Below the pieces are notes generated by a model that ran no database searches, was not told the DNA's origin, and saw only the letters and a program-made list of their open reading frames with translations. The position numbers and the translations under genes were made by a program. From positions 34,281 through 98,280 of IMG/VR virus record IMGVR_UViG_3300013947_000002: a stretch of 64,000 nt of DNA. One strand, 5' to 3'. This stretch comes from a virus. The stretch's first letter is position 1; the number at the start of each line of letters is the position of its first letter. Of the stretch, positions 57,838 to 64,000 are shown one piece after another.

Positions 57838-58328
57838 AGATTAAAGCAAAGCGCATAACCGATACTGCCAAGTTACCTACTTATGGTAGCGAACGCGCGG
57901 CTTGTATGGATTTATATGCGGATTTAAGTGACCATTGCATCACGCTTAATCCGGATGTAGAAGTGCGCAATATTAGTGGCAATGAAAACGGCCCGATTCA
58001 GCGTGTGGGTATTGCGCCCCATAGCACCATCAAAATTCCTACAGGTTGGGCATTTCAGCCACCTGAAGGATATATGCTACAGATTCTACAGCGCTCCGGT
58101 CTAGCAAGCAAAGGGCTAATCCCGATTGGTGGGGTAGTAGATAATGATTATGTTGGCGAGGTTACAATCATTCTTCTTAATACAACTGACGATTATATCT
58201 TCGTACAGAACGGCGACCGTATTGCCCAAATGGCTCTACGCAAGTATTATCAAGCTGACTTCGAGCTAGTTGATGAGCTAGATGAAACAGAGCGTGGGGA
58301 CGGTGGGTTTGGCTCTACTGGCACATGA
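57831..58328 (+). CDS. dut: dUTPase
   Basis: ERAACMDLYADL, RSGLASKGLIPIGGVVDNDYVGEV, NGDRIAQMAL, GDGGFGSTGT. Confidence 0.95.
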   Translation: MLKIKAKRITDTAKLPTYGSERAACMDLYADLSDHCITLNPDVEVRNISGNENGPIQRVGIAPHSTIKIPTGWAFQPPEGYMLQILQRSGLASKGLIPIGGVVDNDYVGEVTIILLNTTDDYIFVQNGDRIAQMALRKYYQADFELVDELDETERGDGGFGSTGT

Positions 58329-58555
58329 TTCTACCGCGACTATGTATCAATGGTAGCAGATACCGTGTAGAGCTGTATTATCCTGAAGACCCAGATAATC
58401 CCATTGCCACCATGTCTGGCTCGGCTCGTTCATCATGTGACCTATTTGCCAATATGCTATATATGGTGCTAGAGAATTATGATGACGGCTATGACGTAGG
58501 CTACAATGACGCAATAGATGATATGGAAGGAGGCGAATTTGATGTGGAAGTTTAG
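58325..58555 (+). CDS. Hypothetical protein
   Basis: ATGA overlap. Confidence 0.55.
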   Translation: MILPRLCINGSRYRVELYYPEDPDNPIATMSGSARSSCDLFANMLYMVLENYDDGYDVGYNDAIDDMEGGEFDVEV

Positions 58556-58832
58556 ACCAATCGGACTCTACTACGAGCTATTAGTCGATGACGACAGTAT
58601 CTATCTATGCCGTAAACGAGACACGATTATTCAAGCCGTGATTGAGGATTTATGCGATAGACATAATCGAGCAATGGCGGCATATGAAAACCTAGATACT
58701 GATATTGTCAGTTGTGATGAGGCGTATCTGAATGGACTAGAAGATGGCAAGGAATATGGTTATACAAACGGCTACGATGATGGATATAAACGTGGCGTTG
58801 CAGATGCTCTAGGCAAAGATACTATAGAATAA
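58542..58832 (+). CDS. Hypothetical protein
   Basis: ORF MWKFRPIGLYYELLVDDDSIYLC. Confidence 0.55.
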   Translation: MWKFRPIGLYYELLVDDDSIYLCRKRDTIIQAVIEDLCDRHNRAMAAYENLDTDIVSCDEAYLNGLEDGKEYGYTNGYDDGYKRGVADALGKDTIE

Positions 58833-58836
58833 AAAA

Positions 58837-58880
58837 ATGGGGAACATGATTACAGATATTTATTCTGCCATGTTCCCCAT
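58837..58880. terminator. Bidirectional terminator hairpin between convergent gene blocks
   Basis: ATGGGGAACATG / CATGTTCCCCAT with flanking A/T runs. Confidence 0.8.
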
Positions 58881-58889
58881 AAATTTATA

Positions 58890-59420
58890 TTAGTCGCCAG
58901 CAACCGCTTTCATCACAATCTTAAATGTTTGGTCACCAGTATTCTTGACTTGTTTAGCTTCAGTAGTATATCCTGTTTTAGTGGCCGTGACAGTGTATGT
59001 ATCGCCAATGCCACTTAGCAGAAATTGCTTGGCATTGTCGCTAACAGGGTCGACCTCTTCGCCATCAGCATCGGTGACAGTAATGATAGCATCCTTTGGT
59101 GTTACATCAACAGTCAATACAAAACCGTCCTGTAGCTCAACAGTGCCCTTTACAACCTTGAAAAAACGTCCATCAAGACCAACACCACAATTGCCCCTAC
59201 CGACAACAGGCGTACCAACTTCCTCGCCTTCGCTATTGTGTAGAGTAATAAGCTTAGCGCCGCCAACCGCAGCCACGGCAAATAGTGCTCCATCCCAGAG
59301 CTGACCGCAAGTAGAAACTGCCTTAGATTTATCAACAGTTGTTGCATCAACATCGCAAATCACCCCGTTAATTAGTTTGAGCGTTGAACCGAGCTTGATG
59401 CCCCCACAAAAATTAGCCAT
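58890..59420 (-). CDS. Structural/tail-associated protein with PEGA/Ig-like C-terminal domain
   Basis: VLTVDVTPKDAIITVTDADGEEV...GDTYTVTATKTGYTTEAKQV. Confidence 0.6.
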   Translation of the reverse strand: MANFCGGIKLGSTLKLINGVICDVDATTVDKSKAVSTCGQLWDGALFAVAAVGGAKLITLHNSEGEEVGTPVVGRGNCGVGLDGRFFKVVKGTVELQDGFVLTVDVTPKDAIITVTDADGEEVDPVSDNAKQFLLSGIGDTYTVTATKTGYTTEAKQVKNTGDQTFKIVMKAVAGD

Positions 59421-59440
59421 GTTCTATCCTCCATCCTCTA

Positions 59441-60166
59441 TTATGTTTTAGATACCCATGCAAGAGCGCCGTCAACAACACCTAGCACCTTTCCATTATC
59501 ATCAGCAGTAAAGGCTGGAACGGCGATAGCGGTAGAGGCTAGAGCACCCACGTCAGATGCTGTCAATGTAATATCAGCCGATAGAGCCTTGCCGTTCACC
59601 TTGCGTGTGGTTGGAACCTTGCCATCAAGAGCGGTTTTGGTTGCCGTAGAGACAGGTTTGTTTGCATCGGATGTATTGTCTACATTGCCAAGTCCAACGT
59701 CGCCCTTTACAAGTGTCACATTTGCGGAAAGTGCATGACCTGCCACCGTTCTTGTAGTAGGTACAGCGCCAACATCGCTTGCAGACAGGGCGATAGCACC
59801 AGTCTTCGTATTAACAGACTGCACGGGCGCTCCGCTTGTTGTGATAAACTTGGAATCATTGGTTAATTCGCTAACCTTAGTAGGAACGGCGCTTGTTTTC
59901 GCATAACCGGTGAGCGCAGAATTTGTAATAAATCCGTTGTCGTTCTGTAGTTCACTTGTCTTGGTTGGGATAACGGTTGTATCATCGAGCGCTCCAATAT
60001 CGGATGCGCTTAGTACGACTTCGCCAGTTTTACCATTGACAGAGGTCACATCTCCACCACTACCAGACTTAGTGTTAAGCACGGGTCTACCTAATTCATC
60101 CTTAGTATATTCAAACTGATCTGCATTAAGTAAGCATCCACCATCATTTGCTCTAATTGTTGCCAT
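59441..60166 (-). CDS. Phage tail fiber protein with repeated SELxNDxxFIT / SASDIGAL units
   Basis: TKTSELQNDNGFITNSAL, TKVSELTNDSKFITTSG, ASDIGALDDTT, ASDVGAV, ASDVGAL. Confidence 0.85.
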   Translation of the reverse strand: MATIRANDGGCLLNADQFEYTKDELGRPVLNTKSGSGGDVTSVNGKTGEVVLSASDIGALDDTTVIPTKTSELQNDNGFITNSALTGYAKTSAVPTKVSELTNDSKFITTSGAPVQSVNTKTGAIALSASDVGAVPTTRTVAGHALSANVTLVKGDVGLGNVDNTSDANKPVSTATKTALDGKVPTTRKVNGKALSADITLTASDVGALASTAIAVPAFTADDNGKVLGVVDGALAWVSKT

Positions 60167-60195
60167 ATATAATCATTCCTTTCATTATTTATGTA

Positions 60196-61365
60196 TTAAA
60201 TAGCCGAACCAGCACCTAAAGCAACAATGTATACGTCTAGGTCTGTTGTCGCAGAAGTATTGTTAATATAGATACTATTATCCACAGCGCCCTTTGCCAA
60301 TGTCCATTCCTTCAGCTCACTCACATTGGCAATATTAACAGTAGAGCCACATACATATGCGATAGCAAGACCGCTATGCACAGCATCACAAGCCGTTAGC
60401 ATATATACGCCATTTGGCAACGTAGTAATAGCGCCCGTGTTCTTGCCCTGCCGCACCATCTTCTTTGTTGCTGTCTCATCTTTTACCTCTTGTGTAAGGT
60501 AAGCTAAATTAACAGCATGATTGGGAGCTGTGGGCGTGCCGACGTTGATTGGGCGATATGTAGACTGACTATCAGGTGCTAATACAGCCGCTTCGTTATT
60601 AGTGGTGCTTGTAATGCGAACGCCATTAGTGCCAGCAGTATGGACGACATTGCCAATATATAATGGATATTGGTCAGCAGTCGATATTTCCTGAACATCG
60701 GTAATGCTATTAGCCGCCATGCTGAGATTGCCGTCCATTGTACCGCCTGTCAGCTGTAAATACTCAGCCGCTTGGTCAACATCTGACCATTCATCATTAA
60801 CTGGGTCAGCAGTATGGAAATAATTGACAGCCCGAGTATGGACTAATTGCCCATTCGTAGTAACCTGTGTATATCCAAATGTAAAGCCAGCATCACCACT
60901 CTCTGCAATTTGAGCGTTCATCAATGGTAGCCGCACATCACCATTTCCAATAGATACAGCGATATTTTCTTTGGCATCAAATGCGGTCTTAATTTCGACC
61001 CATGTCTTATTGGCGGTATATGTGCCATCTTGATGGTCAGTCAGGATGACAATGAAATCCTCAGATGCCAATGCTTGCCAATGAGTAACTGAGCCGTCAT
61101 TAGCTAGAAAATGACCCGCTGTCTCAGATGTGATAGGTGGCAAGCCCGTATCAACCGCAGTGGTATCATCGGGTTGCTCTACCCATTCAGCAGATGCACC
61201 ATTGTAGATATACCGCTTAGCTGTATCAATCTCATAGAATTTATCGGCATTGACTGCATCGATTGCCGACTTATCATCTGTGCTCAAGCCGCAATATTCA
61301 GCGTATCTTGGCGCGTCATAATAGGATGGTCTAGTTAACGTAATCACACCTTGCCCTCCATCCAT
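60196..61365 (-). CDS. Tail fiber/baseplate-associated structural protein
   Basis: GGTMDGNLSMAANSITDVQEIST, TAPNHAVNLAYLTQEVKD. Confidence 0.75.
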   Translation of the reverse strand: MDGGQGVITLTRPSYYDAPRYAEYCGLSTDDKSAIDAVNADKFYEIDTAKRYIYNGASAEWVEQPDDTTAVDTGLPPITSETAGHFLANDGSVTHWQALASEDFIVILTDHQDGTYTANKTWVEIKTAFDAKENIAVSIGNGDVRLPLMNAQIAESGDAGFTFGYTQVTTNGQLVHTRAVNYFHTADPVNDEWSDVDQAAEYLQLTGGTMDGNLSMAANSITDVQEISTADQYPLYIGNVVHTAGTNGVRITSTTNNEAAVLAPDSQSTYRPINVGTPTAPNHAVNLAYLTQEVKDETATKKMVRQGKNTGAITTLPNGVYMLTACDAVHSGLAIAYVCGSTVNIANVSELKEWTLAKGAVDNSIYINNTSATTDLDVYIVALGAGSAI

Positions 61366-61523
61366 TGATTATTTTCAGCGTCATAGCGATATGTGCGCCC
61401 TGTATCTAGCTCGTGATATGTCGCACCATTCTCTATATTGCTTGGCTTAGTATCAATAGAGCGCCCGGTAAATTCAGGCGCTCTTGGTGTAGTATAATAT
61501 GCTGGACGATATAATGTTATCAT
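61344..61523 (-). CDS. Small structural-region protein (59 aa)
   Basis: MITLYRPAYYTTPRAPEFTGRSIDTKPSNIENGATYHELDTGRTYRYDAENNQWMEGKV. Confidence 0.6.
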   Translation of the reverse strand: MITLYRPAYYTTPRAPEFTGRSIDTKPSNIENGATYHELDTGRTYRYDAENNQWMEGKV

Positions 61524-61538
61524 GGTATCATCCTTTCT

Positions 61539-62861
61539 TTAATTTTTTGCTTTAATATAGGTATACAACCCACTTGCAATAGATATCGATGGTAAATTAG
61601 CACTAACTGCAATATTGCTTTCATAGACAGTAGTATCAACCATCGCGTAATACTTGTCCTTACCGACCAAGATTGGCACTGTTGAAATAATGGGGTTGGA
61701 TTGTTTGTATAAATTATTACTTTTGTCAACATAATAACCAGAGCTAGTAACTAGATAATCTTCCGTGACTGTTATAGTGTGACCTCTATCTCTACTCGCC
61801 TTATACGTATCCTCTATAATTTTAGACCAGTTGCCACTTAATGATGCACTACGAAGAAGCGTAAAAGTTTCTTCCGATTGGGAACTACCTGAAGCATACA
61901 TAGCTATATAATAATACCCGTTAAAATATTTCAAATCTGTCATAGTGCCGATTCTTGTTTCCGCAGAAGACGTATAACTCGTAATAGAGTTTTGAGCATC
62001 TACAACATCTATACTAAATGTGGCCGTGGTTGAGCTTGAGGTTGTTGAGCGACCACCACTGAAAATTGCAACCCCCTCGGGAAGTGCTGACAATTTTCCT
62101 ATATCTGAGACGTGAAGTATGACTGGCGTTTGTCCGAAATCGTCATAGATGAACAAGCTCTCACTGTCATCACTCAAATTTGGGTCTCTTGTAGATAAAT
62201 AATATTTGCCGTTCCAATATGTTGCACCATAAATTCTGCGACTACATCCATTTATTGTTGCAAAATTCGAAATTTGTACATCCTCACCAGAATAATACCG
62301 GTAGTCATACGTGTAAGTGGAGGCACCCGTTTGGTTATATGTAACTATAAAAGTATTACCCACGCACCATACGTCAATCGATTTGGACATAGAGAATAAA
62401 CTACGCCAAAATAATAAGTCTGCACTATAATAACAATGATAAAAGTTGCCGTCTTTTTTATCAGATGCTCCCACAAATGCATCCCCAGATGTTGTAATTT
62501 TATTAACAACGTTACTGAGTGTTGTCAAAGTGGCTCCTTTGTTAATCCAATTAAACGGTTTATCTCCAAGAATTTCAACCAATACTGGATAATCAGCTTG
62601 TGTTATTTGTTGACCATTACACAATAACCACTTATCACCAAGATTAGTTCTTGTTGTAGTTAATGTATCACCAATCTGATAAGTTCCACCATCTTTGGTA
62701 ATAGATTGTAAAGCATCGTCTAATGTTGAACCTGATGGTAAATTAGTTGATGCTTGAGCAGTTGAATCGAGCAATACTTGACCGCTATTTGTTTCTGGAT
62801 ATAAAGTATCGAAATCTGTACCATTATACTCTTTTATTGTAAATAAAGAAATTTCTCCCAT
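61539..62861 (-). CDS. Receptor-binding/tail-fiber-type structural protein
   Basis: SGQVLLDSTAQASTNLPSGSTLDDALQSI; WLLCNGQQITQADYPVLVEIL collar-like motif. Confidence 0.65.
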   Translation of the reverse strand: MGEISLFTIKEYNGTDFDTLYPETNSGQVLLDSTAQASTNLPSGSTLDDALQSITKDGGTYQIGDTLTTTRTNLGDKWLLCNGQQITQADYPVLVEILGDKPFNWINKGATLTTLSNVVNKITTSGDAFVGASDKKDGNFYHCYYSADLLFWRSLFSMSKSIDVWCVGNTFIVTYNQTGASTYTYDYRYYSGEDVQISNFATINGCSRRIYGATYWNGKYYLSTRDPNLSDDSESLFIYDDFGQTPVILHVSDIGKLSALPEGVAIFSGGRSTTSSSTTATFSIDVVDAQNSITSYTSSAETRIGTMTDLKYFNGYYYIAMYASGSSQSEETFTLLRSASLSGNWSKIIEDTYKASRDRGHTITVTEDYLVTSSGYYVDKSNNLYKQSNPIISTVPILVGKDKYYAMVDTTVYESNIAVSANLPSISIASGLYTYIKAKN

Positions 62862-62864
62862 ATC

Positions 62865-63182
62865 TTATCCCTTCAATTGAAAATATACTTCGCCATTTAA
62901 CATCCCAACAGGCGGTTGAGTAACAACCTGAATTTTATTCTGCTTGAAGGTTGGGTCAGATATAGACTGCACCTCTACGATACGATCAGTCACATAATTA
63001 AACAACGCCGCAATTACCGTCTTGTCAGTTAGTTGGTCATTTTGCAGGATAGCCAGTGCCGCCTCATATTGACCATCGGTCATGTATTGCTTAAATTGTG
63101 TATTCAAGTCTACGTCAGACAAGTGCATATCTTGATATTTCATAGTCATCATATCTTTACCACCCCTGTCACGTGAAACCAA
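62865..63182 (-). CDS. Hypothetical structural-region protein
   Basis: DTQFKQYMTDGQYEAALAILQNDQLTDKTVIAALFNYV...VVTQPPVGMLNGEVYFQL. Confidence 0.6.
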   Translation of the reverse strand: MVSRDRGGKDMMTMKYQDMHLSDVDLNTQFKQYMTDGQYEAALAILQNDQLTDKTVIAALFNYVTDRIVEVQSISDPTFKQNKIQVVTQPPVGMLNGEVYFQLKG

Positions 63183-63475
63183 AAATCCGTAGCTTCTTGA
63201 TATTGAGGCTGAGTCTCAGACACAACATAGGCTGGGCTATATCTATCAGCAAAATATTGTTCCGTTGCTGTCAAGCCATCCAACACATCATTCATCAATC
63301 CAGCCGAGATAATTTTTCGTTGACCGCTTGGGATCTCAGATAATATCTGTTGCGCCACATCATAACTGCCAGCCTCCATAGCCTCTTGGTATTGCTTGAC
63401 AAGCTCGGCATCATCAGCTGTAATATCAAGCATCGTTGGGAATGTATCTACACTGTTAGGAAAGTTAGTTGCCAT
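63149..63475 (-). CDS. Hypothetical structural-region protein, paralog-like to neighbor
   Basis: FPNSVDTFPTMLDITADDAELVKQYQEAMEAGSYDVAQQIL. Confidence 0.6.
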   Translation of the reverse strand: MATNFPNSVDTFPTMLDITADDAELVKQYQEAMEAGSYDVAQQILSEIPSGQRKIISAGLMNDVLDGLTATEQYFADRYSPAYVVSETQPQYQEATDFWFHVTGVVKI

Positions 63476-63495
63476 TTAATCGCCCCTTTCCATAT

Positions 63496-63762
63496 TTAAC
63501 TATATTCATTTATGTCTTCGTTCTTTTTAGCAAAGATGCGCTTAAACGCTAGGGAAATCAGCTCAAAACCAAATGCGCCAGCCGCATAAATTAACACGTC
63601 GCTAAGGTCGCATCCAATCGTCTCACCCCAGCGTATGACCGCATACGTTTTTAAGCAAGCCGCCCATAGCATAACAATGGTCAAGAGCCGAAGACAATAT
63701 ATTACAATTGTCCTCGACATCTCACCCTTAGCCCATCTTCGCTTATTTTTAAGCTTAATCAT
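63496..63762 (-). CDS. Two-TM membrane protein, holin-like candidate
   Basis: Two hydrophobic segments (IVIYCLRLLTIVMLWAACL; VLIYAAGAFGFELISLAF) and charged C-terminus. Confidence 0.5.
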   Translation of the reverse strand: MIKLKNKRRWAKGEMSRTIVIYCLRLLTIVMLWAACLKTYAVIRWGETIGCDLSDVLIYAAGAFGFELISLAFKRIFAKKNEDINEYS

Positions 63763-63768
63763 GGGTTA

Positions 63769-63969
63769 TCATCCCTTATTTGCCAGTTTGTCCATCAGGT
63801 CTTTGTTGTATTTATATGTATCTAACCAAGCAACCGTAGCATCAGTAAATCCAAAGCGGGACTTTACTTTTGCTTTATTTGCCTCGTGCTTGCTGTCAAC
63901 CTCTGTCTTCTCTGCTTTAGCGCCATCGTTAAGCACCATTACAGTATGGCGGCTTTCATTGACTAGCAC
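63769..63969 (-). CDS. Hypothetical protein (MLVNESRHTVMVLNDGAKAEKTEVDS)
   Basis: 66-aa ORF in the tail/lysis region. Confidence 0.4.
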   Translation of the reverse strand: MLVNESRHTVMVLNDGAKAEKTEVDSKHEANKAKVKSRFGFTDATVAWLDTYKYNKDLMDKLANKG

Positions 63970-64000
63970 GTCGCCACGTCTTAGATAATCAGACGATGTC

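Overview
64-kb segment that reads as part of the genome of a large tailed phage (or a prophage or phage-plasmid), most likely infecting a Firmicutes/Clostridia-type host. Genes run minus (0.2-6.8 kb), plus (7.2-11.8 kb), minus (11.9-12.9 kb), plus (14.2-58.8 kb), then minus again for tail/structural-type genes (58.9-64 kb). The core is a near-complete replication and nucleotide-metabolism module: DNA polymerase III alpha, DnaB-like helicase, primase, RecD2-like helicase, DHH/RecJ-like protein encoded as two ORFs, AAA ATPase plus SSB-like protein, class II ribonucleotide reductase, ThyX, dUTPase, dCMP deaminase, and five methyltransferase-like genes. Most interesting observations: (1) a putative single-chain DFDGD-motif RNA polymerase (YonO/QDE-1-like) split by a group I intron carrying an HNH gene; (2) three further group I introns in nrdJ (two) and thyX, whose splice sites can be placed from restored protein reading frames; (3) a ~1-kb ORF-free, promoter-driven, highly structured RNA locus with a tRNA-like domain (23.5-24.55 kb), a candidate GOLLD/ROOL-class giant RNA; (4) a cysteine desulfurase-like plus PAPS-reductase/DndC-like gene pair, possibly nucleic-acid sulfur modification; (5) a Dam-type methyltransferase with an in-frame (AG)11 tract and a duplicated N-terminal motif in the alternative frame, a candidate phase-variable switch; (6) a shared structured leader in front of two free-standing HNH genes; (7) a perfect 26-bp inverted repeat; (8) several coherent reading frames interrupted only by in-frame stops. 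All calls are from reading the sequence; no database search was run.
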